NCBI GenBank assembly: GCA_964016885.1
Contig: OZ024759.1
Coordinates: 35,650,001 to 35,714,000 of the forward strand
Reading direction: 5' to 3'
DNA: 64,000 nt
Source: Eledone cirrhosa
Taxonomy: Eukaryota
The notes below the pieces were generated by a model. It had not been told where the DNA came from, made no database searches, and was given only the letters and a program-made list of their open reading frames with translations. Positions 28,366 to 40,838 of the stretch are shown piece by piece; the first letter of the stretch is position 1; every line of letters starts with the position of its first letter. A program made the translations under genes and the position numbers.

Positions 28366-31300
28366 TTTGCCATTCTTCTCTGCTAAAATGTACCACTGAG
28401 CTGATTCAAATTTTCCCAGCCAGCCATCCACCTAATCTACGAAGGTATTTTAGCCTACATATTGTCGTTAATATTATGATGTTCCCTGCTGTATTAGCGT
28501 TAAATTTTCCCTGCTGTATTAGCGATAAATTTTCGAGGGTTTCTCTTAGTAGCTTTTTCATGTCGTTAATATTATGATGTTCCCTGCTGTATTAGCGTTA
28601 AATTTTCCCTGCTGTATTAGCGATAAATTTTCGAGGGTTTCTCTTAGTAGCTTTTTTCATGACGTTATTATTGTTAATTTTACTGATGTAGTATTAACTT
28701 ATTAACTTGGATATTTACCATGCGGTATTCTAATCCTATTGTATCTCTCTCAGTTATTTACCATGCGACCCTCAGTTCCTACCCCCCCCCCCCCTCTATG
28801 CACTTCTTTAAGGCTTACTACCCTGTCTTTAACCTAATTCATTCAATCTGAAAATATTGAAGAGATAAGACACTTTGCCATTCTTCTCTGCTAAAATGTA
28901 CCACTGAGCTGATTCAAATTTTCCCAGCCAGCCATCCACCTAATCTACGAAGGTATTTTAGCCTACATATTGTCGTTAATATTATGATGTTCCCTGCTGT
29001 ATTAGCGTTAAATTTTCGAGGGTTTCTCTTAGTAGCTTTTTCATGTCGTTAATATTATGATGTTCCCTGCTGTATTAGCGTTAAATTTTCCCTGCTGTAT
29101 TAGCGATAAATTTTCGAGGGTTTCTCTTAGTAGCTTTTTTCATGACGTTATTATTGTTAATTTTACTGATGTAGTATTAACTTGGATATTTACCATGCGA
29201 CCCTCAGTTCCTACCTCACAATTTCCCTCCCCCCCACCCCCACACACCACCATAGTCTATTCGACCAATCAAACCTAGCATGCCATTTCCACTGCTGCTG
29301 CTGCTACTACCTGCCTAACTAACTCTCTCCTCCTCTGGCGCATCCCAACACACCCTGCCATTACCCCACCACCACTGTCCTTCTAGCCCTCAATTCTCCC
29401 ACCGTTAGGGATGGATGAGCTGGGAATACACGAGCAACTCTGAATCAATAGATGAAATATGAATCTGCGAGCTACCAAGCACCCACGTGAAGCGCCAACC
29501 CAGAGACCCTCCCCTACGAGTGTCGACAAATGCCCAAAACTCCGAGTTGGTACCATCAATGTAGGCTCAATGAAAGGAAGAGCAGGAGAAATCGTAGAAA
29601 TGCTAGAGCGAAAGGAAGTTGATGTATGCTGTGTGCAAGAGACTAGATGGAGAGGAGGGTCTGCTAGAGTCCTTGTAGGAAAAAGCCAGTGCTACAAATT
29701 TTTCTGGGTGGGAAATGACGATGGGATGGGTGGTGTAGGTATACTATTAGCTGACAAGTGGGTAGATAAAGTAATCTCAGTGTACAGGGTAAATGCAAGA
29801 ATCATTAAACTCAGACTAGTCCTGAATAAGACAATTACCACAATAATATCAGCTTACGCACCCCAATCGGGGCTGCCAGACGAACTTAAGGATAGGTTTT
29901 ACGAGTCCCTAATACACACTACTGCTCTAACAGACGACAAGGACTTCCTAATCATTGCAGGAGATTTTAACGGACACGTAGGTAAACACTGCGACGGCTT
30001 CAATAGAGTACATGGAGGCCATGGAGTTGGCACAAGGAATGAGGAAGGATTCAGACTTCTAGAATTCTGCGACGCCAATGACATGTCGATATGTAACACA
30101 AACTTTAAAAAACCCGACAACCACCTGATCACCTATAGATCAGGGGAGCACTCTAGTCAGTTAGATTTTATCCTCATCAGAGGACGTGACAGATGGACGG
30201 TCGTAAACACAAAAGCCTTCCCTAGTGAGGAATGTACATCCCAACATAGCTTAGTTGTCAGCGACCTCACGGTCAGAACTAGACGAGCCCTGAAACAGAG
30301 GCCAACCTGGAGAAGAAAGATCTGGAAGCTGAAAGTCCCCTCAACCAGTAACAGATTTAAAGATATTTTACTCAACGCCTACGACAGTAAAGAAGAACAG
30401 ATAGAGACATTTAACGTAGAAGAGAACTGGGAGTTCCTAAAAAATAACTTACTAGAGGCGACGGATGAGGTTTGTGGCTGGAGTAAGACCTCAAGCAGGA
30501 GGAGAGTGACTTGGTGGTGGAACAATAAGGTAGATGAAGCAGTCAAGGCCAAGAGACAGGCATGGAAAGAATGGAAGAACGGGGGGAGCAGGGTACATTA
30601 CATAGAGACCAAGAGGGAAGCTAGGCGACAAGTATACTTAGCTAGGAGGGAAGCAGAGGATAGAAAATTCAAGCATGTTTTACAACGTGAGGACCAGAAA
30701 CAGGAGGTATTCAAGATTGCGAGGCAGTGTGTCAGAGATAGTTGTGATGTCATTGGAGAGAAGTGTATCCGGAATGATAAAGGTGAGCTTGCCCTCACAA
30801 GTGCTGAGAAGAAAGATGCATGGAAGAGTCATTATGATAGATTACTAAATGAGGAGAATGCATGGGAAGAAGAGACCCTACCCCACGTAGACCCTATAGA
30901 GGGACCAGCAGTACAAGTCAGCGGCAGCGTAGTAAGTAAGGCAATCAGAGATATGAAGATAGGGAAGGCAACCGGTCCATCGGGTATAGCTGCCGAGATG
31001 CTGAAGGCATCTGGGTCTGTAGGTCACACTATAACCACACGTATCGTTAACCAGGTAATACTAGAGGGGGCCATACCAAAAGATTGGTGCAGTAGCATCA
31101 TTGTCAACTGCTACAAAGGTAAAGGCGATGCACTAGATAGAGGAAACTATAGAGGTATAAAGTTGATGGACCAGGTCATGAAAGTAACAGAAAGAGTTAT
31201 AGCACAGCTGATTAGGGACCGGGTGAATATAGACGAGATGCAATTTGGGTTTGTTCCAGGGAAAGGCACCACTGATGCGCTCTTCCTTGTGAGGCAATTA

Positions 31301-34300
31301 CAGGAAAAGTACCTAGCTAAAAGTAAGCCACTCTACTTGGCATTTGTCGACCTTGAGAAAGCCTTTGACAGAGTTCCACGTGCAGTAATCTGGTGGGCTC
31401 TTAGAAAACTAGGAGTAGATGAATGGCTTGTGAAAGCGGTACAAGCCATGTATAGGGGAGCAGTCAGCAAAGTTAGGATTGGCAATGAGTATAGCGAGGA
31501 ATTTAGCGTACAGGTTGGGGTCCACCAGGGCTCTGTTCTTAGCCCTCTCCTGTTCATCATAGTCCTGCAGGCAATAACGGAGGAGTTTAAGACCGGATGC
31601 CCATGGGAACTCCTGTATGCTGATGACCTCGCACTCATAGCTGAATCTATGGTAGAACTAGAGAATAAATTCCAAACCTGGAAGCAGGGACTAGAGAGAA
31701 AGGGCCTCAAAGTCAACATGACAAAGACTAAGGTCCTTATAAGTAGACGAGAAAACAGAACCCAGATCCCCTCAGGGAAATGGCCTTGCTCAGTATGTAG
31801 GAAAGGTGTAGGTAGGAACTCCATTCTTTGCCCCAAATGCAAACAATGGGTACACAAGAGATGTAGCGGGATCTCAGGAAGCTTAATTAAGAATGTAGGA
31901 TTCACATGCAGCAGCTGTGCTGAAACAGCAAGCAAACAGCCACAGGAAACAAGTACCACCAATCTCTGGGAGGGCCCTGTAGAAACAGTAGACAGCTTCT
32001 GCTACCTAGGTGACCGAATTAGCAACGGAGGTGGGTGCTCAGAAAGTACAATAACTAGGGTAAGAACGGGATGGAAGAAGTTTAGGGAACTACTACCACT
32101 GCTAGCTGCAAAAGGCTTCTCCCTCAGAATGAAAGGCAGACTGTATGATGCGTGTATCCGAACAGCGATGTTGCATGGTAGTGAGACCTGGGCGCTGAAG
32201 GTGGAAGACCTACGTAGATTAGAGAGAAACGAAGCCTGCATGCTCCGATGGATGTGTAACAGTAATATACGTGAACGACAAAGCATAAATGAATTGAGAG
32301 AGAGACTGAGCATAAGAGGAATCAAATGCTGCGTGCAGGAGAGGCGGTTACGCTGGTATGGACATGTGATGCGTATGAAGGATGACAGCTGCATAAAAAG
32401 GTGCAGAGCACTAGAAGTTGATGGAAACCGCGGAGTGGGGAGACCCAAGATGACTTGGGATGAGGTGATAAAAGCCGACCTTACCCAACTACACCTCTCA
32501 AAGTCAATGACACACGACCGTGACTTCTGGCGTCACGCAGTAATACAGGGTACCCGACCTCCCATGGGTACATGCTGAAGCATATAAACAATATGCCCCC
32601 CCCCCCCCCACCGCAAGGTGGTCGTGGAGGTGCCACGGCAAAAAAGCACCCAGCCCACACTGTAAAGTGGACGTGTAGGCGCCACGAAAAAGCACCCAGC
32701 ACTCACTGTAAATGAGGTTGGTGTTAGGAAGGGCATCCAGCTGTAGAAATCAAGCCAGATCAGTTCCTGTATGAGCAAGGCATGGTCAGCCGACCAGACA
32801 CTGCCCACAACAGGACAACCCGTCTAACCCATGCTAGCGTGGAAGAACGGACGTAAAACGGTGATGATGATGATGATATATATTCGAAATATGTACTTCT
32901 GCGTTCACAGATTGATTTTTTTTAGTTTCAGAAGATCCCATTAAGGGTGAAAGCACCAATTCTTTGCTTAAACCTTAATCTGTTATTTTAATAAATAGAT
33001 ATATATCATAGGCGTGTGAAGGCGTGTGGCTGAGTGGTTAGAGAATTGGATTCGCAATCGTAAGGTTGTGAGTTTGATTCCTGGACCAGGCGACGCGTTA
33101 TGTCCTTGAGCAAGACACTTTATTTCACGTTGCTCCTTCTACCTGGAGTTGCGACCGATAGATAGTATTAGCAATTGGAAAGACCAACGGAAACATTGTT
33201 CCCTCGGTCCGATTTGACGAAAGTCGATCGTTCCTATAATATATTATAATCATCATCCTTTAACATCTATCTTCCACGCTAGCATAGGTTACATGAGAAT
33301 TGTCCCACTTGAGGCAAGATTAGTCAGGTGACTGTGTCTTGCTCGTATAGGACTATCTGGCAGGTTTTCTATGGCTTAATGCCCTTCCTAACACCAACCA
33401 CATTTACAGTGGACTGGGAATTTTTTACCGTGTTACCTACACGACCACATTACAGCGTGGACTGTGTGTTTTGTTGTGTCACACCTACACGGCCACATTA
33501 CAGCGTGGACTGTGTGTTTTGTTGTGTCACACCTACACGGCCACATTACAGCGTGGACTGTGTGTTTTGTTGTGTCACACCTACACAGCCACATTACAGC
33601 GTGGACTGTGTGTTTTGTTGTGTCACACCTACACAGCCACATTACAGCGTGGACTGTGTGTTTTGTTGTGTCACACCTACACAGCCACATTACAGCGTGG
33701 ACTGTGTGTTTTGTTGTGTCACACCTACACGGCCACATTACAGCGTGGACTGTGTGTTTTGTTGTGTCACACCTACACAGCCACATTACAGCGTGGACTG
33801 TGTGTTTTGTTGTGTCACACCTACACAGCCACATTACAGCGTGGACTGTGTGTTTTGTTGTGTCACACCTACACGACCACATTACAGTGTGGACTGAGTT
33901 TTTTTGTTGTGACACCTACACGATCTCATTAGTTTGGACTGGATGTTATGGTACCAACATAACTTTATAGAGAACGGGGTAGTGTTAGTGGGAGGATGGG
34001 GTGTATATTTAATGGTGTTAAGAGGTGCCTACTGACTGTAGGTTTCGCTTTGTACATAGGCAAGGTGGGTCTTCTGTATTACTGCTTGGCACTAAAGATC
34101 TCGGTCCAGTGACATTGTCTTAGAGAGGTGCAAGTGTGTAAGGTCGGAATTTATCAAATCGTCCCAGGTTTTTCTGGGTCTACCTACTCCATATATATAT
34201 ATTACAGTTATATATATATATATATATTACAGTTAGATATATATATATTACAGTTAGATATATATATATATTACAGTTATATATATATATATATATTACA

Positions 34301-37300
34301 GTTAGATATATATATATTACAGTTAGATATATATATATTACAGTTAGATATATATATATTACAGTTAGATATATATATATTACAGTTAGATGTTATATAA
34401 AGGAGAACATCTTCTGTAAAACTGAAACTTACACTATATTGTCCGTCCTGGATTTTTTCTGCTTTGAATTGATGTCGACATTGGCACTGAGACAGCTGGC
34501 GTTCTACTTCGTCATGAATCATCTCCGAATCTGTCGCCTGACGCTTACCAGTCTTCAAACGAGCAGGTTTCTGTCAAATAAAAGTGATATCCATGAGTAT
34601 TATTAATTAATCAGGTTTGGGGACTGTTTAACCCTTTAGCATTTAAACCGGCCATATCCGGCCAGAATTCTCTCATCTCTTTCTGTTCAAACCAGCCATA
34701 ACCAGCCACTCATACTTATGTGAAGAGCATTGGGCTTGCAATCGAAAGGTTGTGAGTTCAATTCTCGGACCGAGTGATGTGTTGTTTCCTTGAGCAAGAC
34801 ACTTTATTTCACGTTACTCCAGTTTACTCAGCTGTAGAAATGAGATGATAGGACTGAGGCCCCTATCATTAAATTACCCAAGACACCTCCAATAAGATAT
34901 ACCTTGGAGGAGGCCAGCTAAACCTGCAAAGGTGTTACACACACTCATGCTAAGGTATTGTTCTCAAAATAAACAACATCAAAATCTCATAGATTCAATA
35001 TTATGTGAGGTAAAACCTTTACCACAAAAATACTATAGAATTTATAGAGTAAATTAAATGGTAAAGAGTGGAAATCATACAGAAAATTGATAATTTACAA
35101 AAAGTCTCTAACATAATATTGTACAATATTATTTGGTTAAATAATTCACTATGTAGCCACATGGTTTCAGGTTTAGTCCCCACTTTGGGGTACTTTAGGC
35201 AAATGTCTTCTACCAAAGTCTCAAGATGACCAGTACCTTATGAGAGGAATTTGGTGGACAGATACCCCAAAAACCCATTATATATATATATATATAATTC
35301 TCTCTTTCCCTTACCACTAGGCCACATGTCTATATATAGACACTACTGTCATCAATTTATACATTCACATATCTATACATTCACTATAGTTATCAATATA
35401 TACACCCACACAGTTATACATACATTCACTATAATAAATTCTGACTATTACTAATACCACCACTACCATGACCTCTACTGCTATTACAACTACTATACTA
35501 CTATATCATGATATCCATCTATCTAGGGCAGGTAAAATTCCCGAGATCCATGGACGAGTTCTCTCCAGCGGTCTCTGTCCCTCATTATCGCTGCCATGTC
35601 CTGCGTCTCCAACAGACCAGTGTCTGTCCTTAGGGCATCAACATATGTTAACCTTGGTCTTTCTCTTCCAGTGTGTCCATGCAGGGGCTCCCACAGGAGC
35701 ACTGAGTGCAGTGTCAACTCTGGATGTCGGTGAGCATGTCCAGCTAACCTCAGTCTCCTCTGTTCTACTCTCGAGCTGACCTTTGGGAGGCTCCCGTACA
35801 GCTCTGAGTTCTTCATCCTCAGTGTATACTGATTAATGTTCAGAGCTATCCTCAGCATTCTCGTGTAGCACCCATCCACCATCTGAGTGAGTTTCTTGGT
35901 CAGTGTCCAAGTCTCAGACCCGTACAGCAGCACAGACTCCACTACAGCAACGATGAGACGGATCTTCAGGTCTTTACATTCACTATAGCTATCAATATAT
36001 ACACCCACACAATTATACACACATTCACTATAGCTATCAATATATACACCCACACAATTATACACACATTCACTATAGCTATCAATATATACACCCACAC
36101 AATTATACACACATTCACGAAAGCTATTAATATATACACCCACACAATTATACACACATTCACTATAGCTATCAATATATACACCCACACAATTATACAC
36201 ACATTCACTATAGCTATCAATATATACACCCAGACATCTTTAAATAGGCTCTTACATGTCTATCTGGTTTTAAAGCAGCAATAAAGTTCCTGTAGATTAT
36301 TCTTCCAGTGTGGTTTTGGTCGAAAATATCAAACACAGCATTCAATTCTGTTTTGTTGGTGGGGAATTCTGCAAAATAAATATGAGACATTTTATTATAT
36401 TACATAGAATTATATGAGAAGATGATACGAGCAAAACCAACCAACAGGAGACCCAGGGGTAGACCCACCCCAAGCAAGATGGTTGGATACCATCCATGAG
36501 CTTGGCTGGTCTCGCTTGGGAATCCAGCCAGATCAGTTGGAAGCAGATGCTTCTGACAGGACCCACTGGAAGGAGTTTCGATTTACGAATATTTCTGGTG
36601 ATGGAGGCCCCTCAAGAAGGAATCAAGTTCATGAACCGAGATTCAACTGTCCTTGTAATTTGAAAACAATTAGACATTTAAAATTTCAATCAAATGTTTT
36701 TTATTTTAACCCTTTTAGCTTTATATTTACAGTTGTATAGTCACGGTAAAGGTTTTATCTTACATAATATCGAGTCTCCGAGATTTCAATGATGTTATTG
36801 TTTATTTTAAGAACAATATCTTAACATCAGTATGAGCTGCTGGTTATGGCCGGTTTCAAAAAGGGGAAAAAATTCTGGCCAGATACAGTCGATTTATATG
36901 TTAAAGGGTTAAACATTTGTTACCAAAATGTTTTAAATTAAAATTATTAAACTGTCGGAATCTTTAGAGAATATTTAAAATTATCTCTCAAAATTAAAAA
37001 TAACATTACTTACTGGTTTGTATCATTCCTTCTACAAATTCTTTACGAGTTAAAGCTCCATCGCAGTCTTTGTCTTGCCGCCTGAAGAAGTCTGTGATGC
37101 GAAGTTTCTTTTCTTGAATCCAGTTCAAATACCGTTGCCGCCAAAGATCAAAGTTAAAGCTCTTTAAACTCTCCAGCTAAACAAACAGATATTTCAACAT
37201 AAATATTATTTACACAACCATCATCATCATCGATATCAACATCATCATCACCACTATCATTATAATCATTATCACCATCATCATCCTAACCATTATTATT

Positions 37301-40300
37301 ATGTCTGAGTTCAAATCCCGCTGAGGTTAACTTTCCCTTTCATCCTTACGGGGTCGATAAAATAAAGTACCAGTAATGTACTGCGTAATTGCTGGCTTTG
37401 TGCCAAAAGTAGAAACTATTATCACCACATCATCCCCATCTGTTTTCCCAAATAGCAATGGTTAGCCAAGTCAGCCCTTATTTGGGGTCACTGATCTAAA
37501 GAATGCACAAGAGAGGTTGGCATGTCCTTGACAACAACTGAACACTTCTCTTGGCTCTTTCTTTGCTCTGGTTTCTTAACAAAAGACAGAAGAAACCATG
37601 TCTTTAGCTCCAGAAACAAGGAAAGATAATTACTGATGAACAACCAAGGGACATAATTACATAATTCAATGAGAGTTTTAAGGTTCTTTTTGTTCCTCAG
37701 TTAGAGCAAGAGTTAGCAAGCTTCCTGTTCAGTGTTTTTTTTCTTTTCTTTTAGGCAATGTTTAACGCTTAGATGCCCCTATCTGGCGTTAGCCCTTTTA
37801 ATGGCCTCTTAAAACATGCAGGGATACAGTGTGTTTACTGTAAACCTGAAATATAAAATGCTTAAAAAGCTCAAGACTCACCTCCATTAAATTGTCCAAC
37901 GCATCCTGTAATTTCTTCTTGCGGTCTACAGACATACGCCACACTGCTCTCCATTTGTTCTGTAGAGCAATCACTCGAGGATTGTGTCCATCTATTTCAT
38001 TTAATCTCCAATTACTAAAACACAGAGCAGACATCTTGTTAACATATTTGTTAGGGAAATCTACATCAAATTCCTCTTATACCCAGTTTTTCTCACAGCT
38101 CATCCATACATACTAACATCACATGTCCATACAAGCATAGTCTTCTCTCTTCCACACTACATCTGATTCCTCTTATATCCAGCTTTTCTCATAGCTAATT
38201 CATGCTTTGTCGTTCACATCCAATGCAGTTATACTGACTTCACTTCTCTCAAACTTTTGTCTTTTCTACGGCATGTGGCCTAGTGGTGAAAGAGTTGGAT
38301 TCAGTCATGAGGTTGTGAGTTTGATTCCTTAGTAGTTAGAAAGTTGCATTCACAATTGTGAGGTTGTGAGTTTCATTCCTGAGCCAGGCAATTAATTGTG
38401 TCCTTGAGCAAGATGCTTTGTTTCACATTGCTCCTTCTGCCAGGAGTTACGACCAGTAGATAGAATTAGCAATTGGAAAGACCAATGGACACATTATTTC
38501 CTTGGTCTGATCTGACAAGTTCCACCCCACATGGAGACATTTATGTAAGACTTTCAGAATACAGGTCAATTGCAAATATTTAAGCAAGTCTTTGAGAATG
38601 GTAAAACCATAAAGAAATCTAATTACCTTCCATAATGCCGTCCTTGAGATAGTTTTGATTCACTTGACACTATTTTGGTCAGCCGGTCAGCATCAGCATT
38701 CTTGCTTGTAATATCTTCATGAAGTTCCTACAACAGAAATAGAGACCATATTTCATATTTTACAGGCCACCAGACAATGTGAAGGTGCATGGCTTAGTGG
38801 TTAGAACATTGGGCTTGCAATCGAAAGGTTGTGAGTTCAATTCTCGGACCGGGTGATGTGTTGTTTCCTTGAGCAAGACACTTTATTTCACGTTGCTCCA
38901 GTTTACTCAGCTGTAGAAATGAGATGATAGGACTGGGGTCCCTATCATTAAATCACCGAAGACACCAACGAGATGCAACCATGTAGGAGGCCAGCTAAAC
39001 CTGCAGAGGTGTGAGCTGTCACACACACAGACAATGATCTTGAACCAGTCTAAATTTTATCAAAGTTCCTACAACAGAGTTCTTCAGTTCAAACTGCAGA
39101 AATCATTCAAATGGGGGGCTTAATTCCATAGTGAAACACATACCTGGAGTTTCTTTTAACATTTACATTACACTATATTTACTATTATATTTTCACGGTA
39201 AAAGCTTACATACTGATCTCTCATAATATCGAATCTATGAGATTTTGATGTTATTTATTTTGAGTACAATACCTTAACATCAGTATGAGCAGCCAGATAC
39301 AACCAGTTTGAATAGAAAGAGATGAGAGAATTCTGGCCGGATATGGCCAGTTTAAATGCTAAAGGGTTAAACAAGGTCTTTACAAAAATATACTTGGAGT
39401 CTGTTTAACAACGTGACTACACTAACAACAACAACAACATACCTGGTGTTCTTTTAATAAGGCCTCTACTACTCTAATATCCTCTGGAGTTGGATCTTTC
39501 TCTTTAGTTGCCAATAACACTTGACAGTCAGTTAACCAGGCCAATAATTCTTCTAACAAAGCAGCGTTTCCCTGAATACTCTTTAGTGCATCTTGCAGTC
39601 GTTGTGCTCGCGAGTGAGATCGTTGCATTAACTGAAATTAAAACAATAAGGAATGACATTAACCCTTTCATTACCATATTTCTAATGAAAGACACTGTCT
39701 CTGTCATTAACCCTTTCATTACCATATTTCTAATGAAAGACACTGTCTATGTCATTAACCATTTTGTTACCATATTTCTAATGAAAGACACTGTCTATGT
39801 CATTAACCCTTTCATTACCATATTTCTAATGAAAGACACTGTCTATCTCATTAACCCTTTCATTACCATATTTCTAATGAAAGACACTGTCTCTGTCATT
39901 AACCCTTTCATTACTATATTTCCAATGAAAGACACTGTCTATCTCATTAACCCTTTCATTACCATATTTCCATGAAAGACACTGTCTATGTCATTAACCC
40001 TTTCATTACCATATTTCTAATGAAAGACACTGTCTATGTCATTAACCCTTTCATTACCATATTTCTAATGAAAGACACTACCTATGAGTTTTAAGTAAGT
40101 TTTAAAATAATCAAGAATTCAGACAGATTTAATAAAATGATTTTCTCATTAAGTTGGTGTTTGGAACACAACACAACAAAGGTTCCCCCTAATACTCTGA
40201 CATATGTATGTATAAATGCATCATTTAATAAAAATAGTAGTTTCTACTATAGGCACAAGGGCAGCAATCTGAAGGGGAGGGGAAAGTTGAATAAATTGAC

Positions 40301-40801
40301 TCCAGCGTGTTACTGGTACTTTATTTTATCAACCTTGTCAGGATGAAAAGCAAGGCTAAGATGAGTGGGATTTAAACTCAGAAAGTAAAGGGCCATAACT
40401 TAATGCCACAAAGCATATCTGATACTCTACAGATACTGCCAATCTACCAAATAATAATTGTTTCTACTTTAGGCACAAGGCCAGCAATTACCCCAGTACA
40501 TTACTGGTACTTTATTTTATCGACCCCGTAAGGATGAAAGGCAAAGTTAATAATACTTACTTGATCCCATCGTGTCTGGGTGATTGTAAGGTAATATTTA
40601 ACAAATCTAATAGCGTTTGGGTGACAATGTTTTAAAATTCTTTCAGCAAGTGTTTTGATTTTGTCAACTGTGTCTTGATGGTTGCGAAGTCGTTCTTGGA
40701 ATTTCTGAATAAAAAGAAAAAAAAAGAATGTATGTATGTATCAGTGTGTGGGCATGTGTGTGTGTGTCAGTATGTCTGTGTAAATATGTCAGTGTGTGTA
40801 T

Positions 40802-40838
<37 letters not shown>

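Noticed and set aside
29899-32448. Minus-strand ORFs within the LINE
   Set aside because: Antisense shadows of the long + strand ORF.
33016-33095. tRNA-like sequences
   Set aside because: They are SINE heads: multi-copy, degenerate, attached to SINE bodies.
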